From Mobula hypostoma (lineage: Eukaryota), in NCBI RefSeq assembly GCF_963921235.1, contig NC_086097.1:207206001-207270000 (forward strand): 64,000 nt of DNA, given 5' to 3'. A program made the translations under genes and the position numbers. Below are positions 37,459 to 51,610 of the stretch, piece by piece. Each line of letters begins with the position of its first letter. The stretch's first letter is position 1. The notes beneath the pieces are model-generated. The model made no database searches and was not told the DNA's origin. It saw only the letters and a list, made by a program, of their open reading frames with translations.

Positions 37459-37705
37459 TGCTTTAAACTCACTGGGGCCTTGTTTCCAGTGCTGCTTTTA
37501 AACTCAGTGGGTCCTAATAACTGTTTATTTTAAGCTCATCAGGTTTTGTTTTTGACACTACTTTTAAACTTACTAGGGTCCTAGTTATACACTTCTTTCA
37601 ATCTAATTGGACATTATTTCCATCTGTCATTTTAAACTTGCTGAAACTATTTCCTACACTCATTGTAAACTCATCTGGGCCCTGTTTCCTGCACTATCCT
37701 TAAAA
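37459..37705. repeat. Degenerate minisatellite of about 35 bp (TTTAAACTCACTGGGGCCTTGTTTCCAGTGCTGCT-like)
   Basis: TTTAAAC(T)CA motif recurs about every 35 bp, roughly 7 units. Confidence 0.7.
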
Positions 37706-37711
37706 TACCAC

Positions 37712-38048
37712 CCCAATGGCATGAATATCGATTTCTCCAACTTCCAGTAATTTTCCCCCTTCCCCTTACCTCTTCAATTCCTCACACTGGCTTCCCCCTC
37801 ACCTTTCCCCTTATCCTCACTTGCCTATCACCATCACCTGTTGCTCTTCCTCTGCCCCTTTCTTCCATAGTTCACTCTCCTCTTCTATCAGATTCCTTCT
37901 TCTCCTGCCTTTTACCTTTTCCACGATCACTTCCTAGCTTCGGACTTTATCACTCCTTCCTCACACAACTGGCTTCACCGAAGAAAAAGAATTTCAGGAT
38001 GTATATTGTATACATTTCTCTGACAGTAAATGTACCCATTAAAACCTT
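37712..38048 (+). mobile_element. Penelope 3' fragment followed by a LINE 3' tail
   Basis: ATGGCATGAATATCGATTTCTCCAACTTCC then pyrimidine-rich pLTR. Tail GAAGAAAAAGAATTTCAGGATGTATATTG is the same family as the target at 808-1085. Confidence 0.7.
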
Positions 38049-38559
38049 CATTGGGTAGGCACTTTAAGTATTACCTTCAGATATTGGGATGGCACTTTAT
38101 CTGACTGATGTGTGACTCCAGAATGGTTTTATGTTATTGCTATATGATCTATAATAGATTAATAAACCATTCCATTGTTAGTGATTCACCACAAAATTAG
38201 AGCTGGGGAATGAACATCTGTGGCATCCTGCAATAAATGAATAAATTCAAAAAGGCACCAATCTTCAACAACTGGTTCTGGAACAGCCTTGATGGATTCA
38301 AGCTGACAGCAGGACTCCAAAGCAGGAAAGAAATAGGAAAAAGTAGGTTGTCAGGGACTTTTTGCATTTAACAGCTTCTACATTCTTTTGTCTATGTTCT
38401 TTGCCTGTTCCCACTCTATCCCAAGTTTCTAGATATCAACATCTTCAAAGATCTCTCTGGGCCCAACATATTGATGCAATTACAAAAAGAATGAATATCA
38501 GCTGCTATAATTCAATAGGAGTTTGAGGAGATTTGGTATGACACAAAAGACTCTTCCAC

Positions 38560-39035
38560 TTTATTAGATACATCTGTCGATGATACAAATATATAATCAA
38601 GCAATCATAAGGCAGCAACTCAATGCATAAAAGCATGTAGACATGGTCAAGCAGTTCATTTATCATTCAGACCAAACATCAGTATGAGGAAGAAATGTAA
38701 TCTAAGTGACTTTGACTTGGAATCATTGCTGATGCCGGATGTGGTGGTTTGAATATCCCAGAGACAACTGATCTCTTGGGATCTTCACACACAGTCTTTG
38801 GAGTTTATAGAGAATGGTGCAATACAAAAACATCTAGTGAGCAGCTGTTTTATGGGAGAAGATGACTTGTTAATGAGAGAAGCCAGATGAGAATGGCCAG
38901 AGTAGTTCAATCTGGCAGGAAGGTGACAATAATTCAAATAACCACACTTTACAACATTGGTATGAAGAAGCTCATCTCTGAATGCGCAGCATGTTAAAAC
39001 TTGAAGTGGATGGGCTACAGAAGCAGGAAACCAGA
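38560..39035 (+). mobile_element. Tc1/mariner remnant (N-terminal HTH portion of the transposase), nested in a Rex1-type fragment (about 38425-39160)
   Basis: Translates MRKKCNLSDFDLESL.../ISETxDLLGSSHT..VYREW.../RMARVVQ, matching Tc1-like transposase N-termini. No DDE domain. Confidence 0.75.
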
Positions 39036-39999
39036 AATATACTTATGTATAAAATTGTCTTTTTATGTGTAGCTCCACATGACTGCACCATACTGCTACA
39101 AATAAACAACAAATTTCATTACACACAACAGTGATATTAAACCTGATTCTGATTCTAATTCTATAACTGCTCTCATTCACTCACAGCCTGATAAAGTGAA
39201 TGGGTGTCAGGCAGGAAACATGATGAGATCCAGTTGATAAATTTCATCAGTGTAACTGAGGTTCTGAGGGTCTCTAGATTTCACTATCCCATACACTTAG
39301 TGAAAGAAGTTTCCCAAATGATGTTGATTAGCCTGCAGTTACATTGGGTCTCTGTTCTCAAGATTGTACATAGTTGTCAAATTCCTGACAGATTCAGCAC
39401 ACAAGATTTGAGACAAATTACAAACTTCTTAATTCTGAAGAGTAGGGAGAATGTCTTATGGAAACACACATAAATGTCAAAGATTATTAAGCAGATGGAG
39501 AACTGAATGTTACTTAAAGGTAATAGATCTTCATAACAAATCCTCTTACCATCAATGGATATTAAATTAACTTTCCAAGAGTTGGCCAGCTGTTTTCAGA
39601 GTTAACAGCTATAATAAGTAATTTAGTCATATTGGCGATCTATTTTCAAGCCCAACAGCAATCATGCACAACTGAACAAGAAAATATACATGAGCTCTTT
39701 TGATGGAATTTAATAGGTCATTGTTCAGGTAGAAGCTGAGGACTTATGCCAAACGTATTACAAATTAGCATTAATAGGGGCTTATATAATAATAATATTA
39801 ATTGTTGGAAAGTACAAAGAGCACTGCAGACTTTTCTCATTGGAATGTAAGTCCGTTAAAACTTCCTTCTGAGTAGACATAAAGACTTAATTTCTAATAC
39901 TAAAGCTTTATTTATAAAGCTTGTGCTGATCTGCAAAAATGGATTTTGCAAATTTTATTAATTGAACTTCAAATTATAATTTTATTGTCATCAAGTCAG

Positions 40000-42425
40000 A
40001 CAGTCATAGGAAAGTACAGCATAGAGACAGGGCCTTCGGCCCATCTAGTCCATGCCAAACCATTTAAACTGCCTACTTCCCTCAACCTGCACCAGGACTT
40101 TAGCCCTCCATACCCCCACCAACCATGTATCTATGCAAACTTCTCTTAAATGTTGAAATCTTTCAATATTTTTATTAATTACTTGCATAGACAAATATAA
40201 AATACATTATGATATTATGGAAACAGAAACAGGATTGAATTGCCCCATAACTACGTATAGTACATTAACCATAATATTGAAAAGGTATATTTCATTCTAA
40301 TCTAAAGCAAAATCAAAACCCCATAACACAACAGAAAAAAAAGAGAAAATACATAGTTATGGGGCAATTCAATCTTGTTTCCGTTCCCATAATATCATTG
40401 TGTATTTTGTGTTCGTTTATGCAAGTAATTAATAAAAATATTGAAAGAAAAAAGATGTTGAAATCCAGCTTGCATGCACCACTTGCACTGGCAGCTCATT
40501 CCACACTCTCACAACCCTCTGAGTAAAGAGGTTTCCCCTCATGTTCCCTTAAACTTTTCACCTCCATCCTTAACCCATGACCTCTAGTTGTAGAAAGATA
40601 ACAAAACCTGCACACAATACTCCAAATTAGGCCTCACCAACATCTTCTACAACTTCAACATAACATCCCATATTCTGTACTCAGTACCCTGATTTATCAA
40701 GGCCAATGTACTAAAAGCTTTCTTTACAAACCTATGAACCAATGACGCCACTTTCAATGAATTATGGACCTGTAGTCCCAGATACCTTTGTTCTATAGGA
40801 TTCCTCAGTGCCCTACAGTTCACTGGCTGGTCCTCCCAAAGTACAACACCTTGTGCTTGTCTGCATTATATTCCATCTGCCATTTTTAAGCCCATTTTTT
40901 TCTGCTGGTCCAGATCACACTGCAAGCCATGACAGTGTTTTCACTGTCCATTTTATCCCCAATCTTGATTTCATCCACAAATTTGCTGATCCAATTAACT
41001 ACATTATCATCTAGATCGTTGATAGAGATGACAAACAACAATGGACCCAGCACCGATCCCTGCAACACTCTACTGGTCATAGATCTGCAGTAAGAGAGAC
41101 AATCATCTACTACCTCTTTCTGGCTTCTTCCACAGAGCCAATGTCTAATCCAGTTCCCTACCTCATCTTGAATGTTGAATGACTGAACCTTCTTGACCAA
41201 CCTCCCATGCAGAACCTTATCAAATGCCTTGCTAAGGTCCATGTAGACAACAGCCACCACCTTGCCTTTATCAAAGGTAACTTCCTTGAAAAACTCTATA
41301 AGATTGGTTAGACCCAACATACCATGCACATAGCCATGCTGACTATCCCTAATCAGTCCATGTGCAAAAATACTCATAAATCCAATGCCTTAGAATACCT
41401 TCCAATAACTTTCCCACTACTGATGTCAGGGTCACCGCCATTTAATTTCCTGGTTTATTTTTAGAGCCTATCTTAAACAGCAGAACAACATTAGCTATCC
41501 TCCAATACTCTGGTTTCTCCCTGCCGCTAAGGATGATTTAATTATCTCTGCTAGGGCCACGGCAATTTCTACACTTACCTCCCGCAGAGTCTGAGGGAAC
41601 ACTTTGTCAGGCCCTGGGAATTTATCCACCCAAATTTGCCTCAAAATAACAAATACCCCTTCCACTGAAATCTGTGTAGAGTCCATGAAGTTTATGGTGT
41701 TTTGCCTCACTTCTATAGACTCTGTGTCTGTGTCCTAAGTAAATACCGATGCAAAAAATGAATTTAAGATCTTCCCATTTTGACTCCATGCATGGATTAC
41801 CATTCTGGTCTTCCAGAGGACTAATTTTGTCCCTTGCAATCCTTTTGCTCTTAACATATCTGTAGAATCCATTCTGACTCTCCTTCACCTTGTCTGAAAA
41901 GACAACCTCATGGTTTATTTTAGCCTTCCTGATTACTTCCTTGAGAGTTCTCTTGCACTTCTTAAACTCCATAAGAACTTCATTGTTCCTATCTGCCTAT
42001 ATCCGCTATGCACTGCCTTTTTTCCTTAACTGGGGCCTCAATATCTCTTGAACAAAGAGATTCCCCAAATCTTTTGTCTTTACCTTTTATTCTGATAGGC
42101 ACACACAAGCTTTATCGTCAAAATTTCACCTTTGAAGGCCTCCCACTTATCAAGTACATTTTTGCCAGAAATCAGCCTGTCCCAATCCACATTTGGCAGA
42201 TTCTTTCTGCTACCATCAAAATTGGCCTTTCTCCAATTTAGAATTTCAACCTGTGGACCAGACCAACCTTCCTGCATATTTGCTTTGAAACATCTGGCAT
42301 TATGATCGCTAAGTGCTAAGTGTTCCCCTACACAAACTTATATCTTCTACCTTGTTACATTCCCTATTAGCAAATCAGGTATCGCAAAACTGTCTCATTG
42401 GGAATTCTATGTACTGATTAAGAAA
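40000..42425 (-). mobile_element. Degenerate CR1 with internal deletions
   Basis: ORFs 40886-41377 (DLSKAFDKV, LQGSVLGPLLF, KFVD), 41495-41710, 41622-41972 and 42080-42277; tail at about 40000-40050. Confidence 0.88.
40161..40454. mobile_element. Fold-back insertion with inverted arms of about 100 bp (L1/Tx1-type 3' tail sequence, or MITE-like)
   Basis: Arms 40159-40258 and 40349-40448 (about 10 mismatches by eye). 11-bp TSD ATGTTGAAATC at 40150-40160 and 40455-40465. Confidence 0.85.
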
Positions 42426-43039
42426 CTGTGGGGGAGAGAAAAATAAAAAATAAACTCTACCAACAATTTCTTTTGCCTTCTCTCACTCAAGCCTCTCCTC
42501 GGTGAAGAGCTAAAGCCTCAAAAACCCCACTCTAACTCTGACCACTTCAATGATAGCAGTTCTGAGTATGGCCACTCCTCTAGCCCCTGCCTTACTTTAA
42601 TTTGTTCTTGTCAATCAATCCCAATGGCTGATTGGCTGCTGCTCAAAGCACCAAGCTGTCGTGAGTCGCTGCCTTTTTGACTCAATTAGCGACCCGAGTG
42701 ATCACAATGGCAGCAAATCATTTCACCGTAGATTCATTCCAGGTTGTCATTGAAGACATTGCCCACAAGTTGCTTTTCACAATATGTATCACTGCCTCTG
42801 AAAAGTGATGGGGCTCTACTCTCAAGGACACATGAATTAATCTTCCTTTCCTATGGTAAAGGGAAGTATATAGCACATTTACCAGAATGTGCAAATATTA
42901 TGTACACGTTAGTTATGCACAGTCAGCCAATAAAGAGTTTCAAAATATATTGCTAAGCATTCTCGGACTACAAGAAGTTTTATTACCTAAATTCAAGTAA
43001 TTTGTGACAAACATAAAAAAAATCAGATGGGCATTGCAA

Positions 43040-43310
43040 CACAGGAGCCTTAAGACACACATTCAATATTTTAGGAACAGCTTCTTACTCTCCACCATCA
43101 GATTTCCGAATGGACAATGAACCAACCCATGAACACAGGCTCAATATTTTCACTCATGTTTTGCACTACTTATTTAATTAAAATTTTATTTTTATATATT
43201 TCTTATTGTAATATATATATTATTTTTTATGTATTGCATTGTACAGCTGCCACAAAACATCAAATTTCACTACATATGTCAGAGATATTAAAGCTGATTC
43301 TGATTTTGAC
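43040..43310 (+). mobile_element. Rex1-type 3' tail
   Basis: AGGAACAGCTTC...CCATCAGATTTCCGAATGG...CTGATTCTGATT. Confidence 0.75.
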
Positions 43311-43371
43311 ATAGAGGTCTGACATGACCTATTCATGCCATACCAGTTAGAATTAACCAATAAGCCAGACA

Positions 43372-45660
43372 TCATGTAAATTACATCCATTGCCTCTCCT
43401 TTGTCCACCTTGCTTGTTACTTCCTCAAAGAGCTGTAACAGATTTGTCAGGAAAGATTTCCCTTTACAGAAGCCATGCTGACTTTGGCTTATTTTATTAT
43501 TAGTCTCCAAGTACCTTGAAACCGCATGCTTAATAATAGACTCCAACACTTTCCCAACCACTGAGGTTAGGCTAACCGGCCTATAATTTCCTTTCTTTTG
43601 CTTTCCTCTTCTTAAAGAGTGGGGTGACATTGCAACCTTCCCATCCTCTAGGACCATACAGAATCAAGGGATTCTTGAACGATCATGACCAATGCATTTG
43701 TTATCTCTTCAACAACCTCTCTCAGGACTCTGGGATGTAGTCCATCTGGCCCAGGTGACTTATCCACCTTAAGACCTTTGAGTTTGCTAGCACATTTTCC
43801 TTTGTAATAGCAATGACATTCACTCCTGCTCCTGACACTCACAGCCCTCTAGCACACAGCTAGTGTCTTCCACAGAGAAGACAGATGCAAAGTACCATTA
43901 AGTTCATCTACCATTTCTTTGTCCCCCATTACTACTTCACCAGCATCATTTTCCAATGGTCCAATATTAGCTCTCACCTCCCTTTTACTCTTTATATAAC
44001 TGAGAAAACTTTTGGTATCCTGCTTTATATTATTGGCTAGTTTGTCCTCATATCTCATCTTTTCCCTGCTTATAGCTTTCTTAGTTGCCTTTTGTTGAAT
44101 TTTAAAAAGCTTCCCAATCATCCAACTTCCCACTCACTGTTCTTACCTTACGTGCCCTTTCCTTGGCTTTTATGCAGTCCTTAAGTTCCTTTGTCAGCCA
44201 CAGTTGCCTACCCCTGCCATTTAAGAACCTCTTCCTCTGTGGGACATACTTATGCGGCAACTTGTGAACTATTCCCAGAAACTTCAACTACCTCTGCTCT
44301 GCCGTCATCCCCGTCAGTATCCTCCTCCAATCCACCTGGGCAAGCTCCTCTCTCATGCCTCTGTAATTCCCTTTATTCCACTGCAGTACAGATATATGTG
44401 AGTTATGCTTCTCCCTTTCAAATTGCAGTATGAATTCAATCATATTATGATCACTGCCTCCTAAAGGTTCCTTTACATTAAACTCCCTAATAAGATCTGG
44501 GTTATTACACAACACCCAATCTAAGATAGCCTTTCCCCAAGCCAGCTCAAGCACAAGCTACTCTAGAAAGCCATCTCATAGGCATTCAACAAATTCCCCC
44601 TCTTGCAATTCAACACCAACCTAATTTTCCCAATCCCCTTGCATATTGAAGTTCCCATTACAATTGTGTCATTCTCCTCATTACATGCCTTTTCCAGCTC
44701 CCTTTGCGATCTCAACCCCACATCTTGTCCACTATTTTAAGGCCTATATATGATCCCCATAATGGTATGTTTACCCTTGCAATTTCTTAACTCCACCCAC
44801 AAAGATTCAACATTCTCTGGCCCTATGTCAACTCTTTCTGAAGATGTAACTCTTTCTGAAGATGTCATTCCATCTCTTTCCAACAGAGCCACACCACCAC
44901 CTATGCCTTCCTCTCTGGCCTTACAATAAAAAGTATATCCTTTGATGTTAAGCTCCCAACTATGGCCCTCTTTCAGCCCACGACTCAGTGATATCCACAA
45001 TGTCATACCATCCAGTCTCTAACTGCACCATGAGTTAATTCACCTTATTTCAAATGCTATAGGCATTTAAATACTGCACCTTCAGTCCTGCCTTCTTCGC
45101 TGTTTTGAATTTTGTCTCTGTAGTACAATTTAACTCCTTTCTCTGGCTGCATTTGTACCCAATCATTGACGTCCTTTATCGCATTCATGTTACACTCATC
45201 ATCTTCTTCTACACCTGCTGGCTCATCCTCAGCTCTATCATGCTGGTTCCCATCCCCTGCCATTTTAGTTTAAACCACTCCTAACAGCTCTAGTAAACCT
45301 GCCCACAAGAACATGGCCCCCCTCAGATTTAAGTGCAACCTGTCCCTTTCGTACAGGTCCCACCTGCCCAGAAGAGGTCCCAATTGTCTAGAAATCTGAA
45401 TCCCTGCCCCCTGCTCCAAATCTTCAGCCTCGCATTTATCTGTCATCTCATTCTACTCCTATCCTCACTGTCATGTGGCAAAGGCAGCAATCTTGAGATT
45501 ATTACCCTTGAGGTCCTCCTTCTCAGCTTCCTTCCTAACTCCCAATGTTTTTTTTCAGGACCTCCTCCCTTTTTCTTCCTATGTCATTGGTACCAATATA
45601 TACCACGACTTCTGGCTGCTTACCCTTCCTTTTCTGGATATTGTGGACACATCCAGAAAC
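43372..45660 (-). mobile_element. CR1 fragment (ORF1 esterase end, APE, start of RT; 3' end missing)
   Basis: GGGVALL, GIIYRP, LGGSDHNMIEF, KSPGPDGLHPRVL, NYRPVSLTSVVGK. Esterase remnants at about 45270-45650. 18-bp tandem duplication at about 44830-44866. Confidence 0.88.
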
Positions 45661-47175
45661 ACCTCAGCCAGTAGCCATCACCTATTTTACTTGACTCTAG
45701 TAAGAGCACCATGCACAGTAGCAGAATGTATTTATAATAATTAATTAAATATTTTCAAAAGAGACACATATGATGAAGCAACTATTCTGCTGCTGGCTGG
45801 CTTCGCTCTAAGACTTTGGTCTACAGATGTCCTCACATTTCATTGTATTTCCCCCTGCAGGCCACAATCAGAAGCAATACCACTCCTAAATGATACAATA
45901 GGGAACTTCTCTTCTTCACTCTTCTAATGGCATCCATAAAAACCAGATTGCCACCTTCTGTTCTCTGCCAAAGATTTCACCAGTCTTTCCAGATTTTGGA
46001 AATTAATTTGATCCTCCAGCAAGTGGCAAAAGACCCTTTATTTTTCAAAAATTCACTTATATCAAAATCACACTCATAATGTTGCACTCAGTGCACTGTG
46101 GCAACAAACAGATGCAGTGATTGTTGTGACTGAATTGATAGAGTTGTGCAGTTATGGTCGAAGTACAAAGGGAGAGATACTGAAGCAGACAAACAGTTCA
46201 TTGCAGAAATAAAAGAAAAACAATAAACACTATGCCAACAAGACTATTAATTAAAACTCTCAAACTGAAAGCTAATGCTGACATATGGTTCAGAAGCAGT
46301 GACTTAACACTAAATAAATACCACTCCTTTAAAGCATCAATCTAAATTGTAGTCTTCTTTCCTGGAACAAGGACAAAAGAGGGAGCATTGATGTTGCTGT
46401 GCTATTGATTAAGACTCAACAAGACTTAAACAAGAGGAAGGGAGTTAAATACCACCACAATGAAACACTTATTGGCTGGAACGAGCATGATTGCCAACCC
46501 TGTTTAGCAGCCCATTTGCAAGGGCACCCAGACCCCAGAACAGAGTTGAATAGGCCATATGCAGATGTAAATAATCTTTATTCAACATGACAAACAAATG
46601 TTCTTTTGGCTGTGCACTCTTAGGACTATAGAACTATAGTTGTGTATTGTACTTTTTAAACACAAAGCAAACAATAAATGATTAAATACTATTTCAGTGG
46701 TTATAATTCAGCATTACGGGTGTAAACTGATAACCTTGCAGGATTACATAATTAAAATGAGAACACATCTCAACTGACAGAACAACATTGAATATGCATG
46801 TCAGTCACTGATCCAAAGGATTCTGATTACATTAGATGCCCAAACTATGCTTCATTGGATACTCTCTTTAATGAGAGGTTCCTGGATACATCAACAGCCA
46901 GAATATAAATTGACATGTCCTGAACTAAGCAGCAGAGATACATCTTTAATAATATGTTAATAGAAGAGATTGCTATTTAGCTCCTTCCTTGATCTCATCA
47001 TGGGGATTTAAGTGAGGGCTGAGTACACAAATGTTGAGTATTTGTCATCCCCTACCCCACACCGAATGGTTATCAATAGATGTTACACTATGAAAAGGTT
47101 TTTTTTAAAACTGGTTCCTCATTCCATTAGCTGGCTGTCAACCTTAACCCATAGCTCCTAAAAATATCTCATGTA

Positions 47176-48220
47176 AAGTTCAAAGTAAATTTATTATCAA
47201 AGTGCATACAATATATGACACCATACAACCCTGAGATACATTTTCTTGTCAGTGTACTCAATAAATCCATAATAGAATAATAACTTAAATAGAATCAATG
47301 AAAAACCACACCAACTTGGGCTTTCAACCAGCGTGCAAAAGACAACAAACTGCAAATGCAAAATGAAAGAAATAATAATAATAATAACTAAGCAATATAT
47401 AACAAGAACATGAGATGAAGAGTCCTTGAAAGTGAGTTCATAAATTGTGCTAACATTTTAATGATTAGGCAAGTGAACTTGAGCGAAGTTATCTCCTTTG
47501 GTTCAAGAGGGGTAAAAACTGTTCCTGAACCTGGTAGTGTGAGTCTTGAGGCACCTGCATCTTCTTCTTGATGGTAACACTGAGAAGAGCACATGTCTTG
47601 ATGATAGATGCTACTGTACTGCGACCAAGTTTCATGTATATGTGCTTAATGGTAGGGAGGGCTTTACCCGTGATGGAATGGGCTATATCCACTACTTTTT
47701 ATAGGATTTTCCATTTAAGGGCATTGGTCTTTCTATACCAGACAGTAAAGCAGCCAGTCAATATCCTCTCCATTACACATTTATAAAAGTTTTTCAAAGT
47801 TTTAGATGTCATGTTGAATTTTTGCAAACTCCTAAGTAAGTAGAGGTGCCTCGTAATTGTACTTACATGCTGGGCCCAGTACAAGTCCTCCAAAATAATA
47901 ACACCAAGGAATTTAAAATTGCTGGTCCTCTCCACCTGTGTTCCTCTGATGAGGACTGGCTCATGGTGCTTTGGTTTCCTCATCTTGGTCAACGATCAGC
48001 TTTTTGGTCTTGCTGACACTGAGTAAGAGGTTGTTGTTGTGGCACCACTCAGCCAGATTTTCAGTCTCCTCCTATATGTTGATTCATCACCACCTTTGAT
48101 TCTTAGGTTCAAAGGTTCATTTGTTATCAAAGTATGTATGTAGTATCCAACTCTGAGATATGTCTTCTCCAGATAGCCACAAAGCAAACAAAACAACAAA
48201 ATGTGCAAAACAAAACAACA
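47176..48220 (-). mobile_element. Rex1-type 3' fragment plus a second tail fragment (about 48105-48220)
   Basis: VERTSNFKFLGV, KTLKNFYKCVMERILTGCFTVWY; tail AATAAATTTACTTTGAAC on the minus strand. Confidence 0.85.
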
Positions 48221-48904
48221 CTGTTGGTCTACAGTGTTAGCCTGACTAGGATTTGAAACATGTCATGTATATCAATTCCTAACAGTGATGCTGCTGATGA
48301 TGAAGAAGAATGTGGAAATTTTGTGTGTTCTTTAAAGTACGTATGTGGTATGACCTATTCGCTCATAGCAAACTCCAAGCTAGAAACCACACACATTGTT
48401 AATGCCCTCTGTATGGCCTGATTACCAAAGATCCAGTTCTACGTATAGTACTCACATTTGCCTTTACACAAATATGTTAATATCATAAATTCATTTAATA
48501 AAAAAAGGGGTAAAAGAAGTATTTTTTAAACAACATTGTAGGGAAGTACACGGGTATCTACTCTGATGCTGATTGAAGTTCATTTCCATTGCTTATGTAT
48601 TGTGTAAAATTATTCATACAGTTTATTTTGTGCAGTTTTAGTGACCTACTTACAAGAAAGATGTAAACAAGGTTGGTGGGAATAGGCAGTTTATATGGTT
48701 TCAGCATGGACTAGATGGAACAAAGGACCTGACTGTGCTGTAATTCTCTATGACTCCAACAACAATATAGCTATTGCTCACTCATTTTGTAAAAATATCA
48801 ACAATCCCATCAGACATGGGATTATGCTTATCCTCCAAATATCTCTCCCAGTTATGACATGGGAAATGTTGATATTGGTAAAAATTCATTTTCTAACCGT
48901 AAAA

Positions 48905-49830
48905 TGGATTATTATTGTCACATGCACCAAAGTAAAAAATGGTTTTGCAAGCTATCCATCCAGATTATTTCATTACATCAGCACTTTGAGGTAATACAAG
49001 TGAAAACAATAATGAAGTGCAGAATAAAGCATTACCATTACAGAGAAAGTGCAGTACAGGCAGGTGCAAGGCCAATATGAGTTAGAGTGTGAGGCCAAGA
49101 ATCCATCTTCTCATACTGGGGATTATTCAGTATTGTTATAGCAGTGGGATAAAAGCTATCCTTGAGCCTAATAGTACACACTTTCAGATTTTTGTATCTT
49201 CTGTCTGATTGTAAGGAGCAAAGTGAGAATTCCCATGGTGGGTTGGGCTTTAGCATGGCCGGAAAAAGTGTTGGCAGAGTCTATGGAGGGAGACTGGTAT
49301 CTGTGATGTGCTGTGTTTCGTCTATAACTCTCAGCAGTGCCTTGTGGTCACAGGCAGTTGCCATATCGAGGTTGGATGTTTACTGTGGCACACCCATAAA
49401 AATTATTGAGGGTCAAAGGGGAGATGCCATATTTCTTTAGCCTTTTGAAGAAGTAAAGGCACTGATGAGATTTTTTTGCAGTGGCATCTACATGATTAGT
49501 CCCGGTCAGGCTATTGGTGATGTTCACTTCTAGTAACTCAAAGCTTTCAACCCTCTAAAGTCATGACTAGTTCTTCTGTTTTGCTGACATTGAGGGAAAT
49601 GTGCCATATCACTAAGCTGTCTATCTCCTTCCTGTTCTCCAACTCAGTATTATTTGAAATTCAATCCACTACCGTGGTATTATTTGCAGGCTTGTAGATC
49701 GATTTAGAGCAGAATCTGGCCATGCAATCTGTGAGTGTCCAGAGAGTGGAGTCGGGGGCTGAAGACGCAGGCTTGTGGGGCACCAGTGTTGAGAAGAACT
49801 GTGGTGGAGGTGTTGCTACCTCTCCCTCCA
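48905..49830 (-). mobile_element. Degenerate Rex1-type 3' fragment
   Basis: LQSDRRYKNLKVCTIRLKDSFYPTAI; GAPQACVFSP-like near 49755-49790. Confidence 0.75.
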
Positions 49831-50329
49831 TGTTAAAATTTGTTCATAGCATATGGACTCAATACAAAAACATTAATATCTTTGGCAATAATTTCTATAA
49901 GACCATTGTTTAAGTAATATGAACAACAATCTGTAACATACAATGAACATAGTATTATTAAGATCAAAAAACAAATTAGAGTTCTATATATATATAAAAT
50001 TTGAAAACCTTTCTTCAGAGATGCTCTCTTATGACTATGCCTCCGGCAAGTACAGTAACCATGCAGTATGAGATAATCTTCAAGGAGAAAACTGATGAAT
50101 AGAACTTTGTCACAAAAATAATTTTCTCACTGCTCCTCCTCCAATAATGAAAATTTTAAAGGCAAATCTATTTTAACATAACTTACCAAATCCCGACTCC
50201 TTCATTTCATTTCATTAACTTCCAGACATCCATCACACTCAGTCTTAAATGAAATAAAATGACTAAGGCTCTACTGCTACCTGCAGTAAAGAATGTCAAA
50301 GCCTCATCATTCATCCATGGAAAAAACAA

Positions 50330-50815
50330 TGGAATTTATTCATTTATTATCAAAAAATACAACTCTGAAATTCTTCTTCTCCAGCTAGCCACGAAACAAG
50401 AAAGTAAAGAATGCAGCCTGATCATCAAACCCAAACCCTCCCAAATCCCTCCTCCCCATACAAAAAAACAAAAACAGAACAGGCACATCGAAAACTGAAA
50501 CTGAAAATTTCTCACCAAATCCTCCTCGCCCCCCAAACAAACATTGAGAAAGACCAGGTGAGAACACAGAATATAAAAAAACTGTAAGTGAAAAATGTCT
50601 TTAGTCCAAGTCCAAAACACAGAAAACCTGGGTAACCTTCTCTGGGCACAACAGCAGCCTCTACTCACTTCGATAGCAGAGCGATCCCCCAGCGATCAAA
50701 AGGCAGTCTCTCCTCTCCAGCAGCAGAGTGATCAAACGACAGTCTCCTCTCTCCGGGAGCAGAGCAATCAAAAGGCAGGTAGCCAGCCCTCACCTTCTGC
50801 ATTTGCCTTGATGTA
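50330..50815 (-). mobile_element. Non-coding LINE-tailed repeat with short internal tandem units of about 36 bp (50672-50780)
   Basis: LINE-type tail (TTTATTATCAAA...ACAACTCTGAAATTC) and repeated AGCAGAG(T/C)GATCAAA..CAGTCTC units. Confidence 0.5.
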
Positions 50816-50929
50816 AATTGCTCAGCAAAAGATACAGAAGTGGGTTGGGGAGGAAAGAAAAGTATTTCAGCCAATTAATGGACTTCAAGTATATTGTTTA
50901 ATAGAGATGAAGATTGATTAGTCATCTTC

Positions 50930-51610
50930 TTTTCATCAATATCTTGGGATTGAGGATGACTTGCTTCCATTCTGGTTTTGTGTGTTCCTAGGTGAAAGGC
51001 TAGATGGAGGCTAAGATGGAAACTGCAGACTCTTCCATGGATGGGTCAGGAGGTGAGTGACTGACACTTGGGTGGGTAGGTCTCTGAGATGGTCTGCTCC
51101 TTCTGTCATTTATGCAGAGCTTCTGTATGTTTCTCAATTCACAGCTCTAACTCTTTCAATTCCATTGCAAACACTGTTCCACTTTCATCCATCATGGGTA
51201 GAGGCTCCATGAGTCGCGGCACTTCTTCAAGGAAGATTTGTGCACATCCTTGAAACATCTACTCTCCCTGCCTGCTTATTCTTTTCAAGGTTGTCTGGAA
51301 TCTTTCTTTCTGTCACATGAAAGAATGCGGATCAGTGTGCCAGCTTCAGGAATGTGGTAATGTACGTGCTTTCAACATTTCTGCTTAAGTTTGAGGGTGC
51401 CTAGCACCTCAGTTCTGGAGATCTTGGGCAGGGAGAGGTCACTTATCTTTCCAGTCCATTTAGAGGACTTTGGGGATACGGCATAGGTGATATTTTTCCA
51501 GTGTCTTGAGAGGTCTGCAGGTTTCGAAAGCATATTGGAGAACAGGGAACACAGCTGTCCAACAGAGCATATGTACTTGTGCAGGTCTTAGCAGTTCCCA
51601 AAAGGAAACC
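50930..51610 (-). mobile_element. RTE-clade LINE 3' fragment
   Basis: AVFPVLQYAFETCRPLKTLEKYHLCRIPKVL matches the RTE motif LLYxxETW...LExxHxRCLRKIL. Confidence 0.7.

Noticed and set aside
42430..42720. CCAAT-like box region (CCAATGGCTGATTGG) as a host promoter
   Set aside because: It abuts the 5' side of a minus-strand CR1 and is more likely that element's 5' UTR remnant; no supporting evidence for a host promoter.
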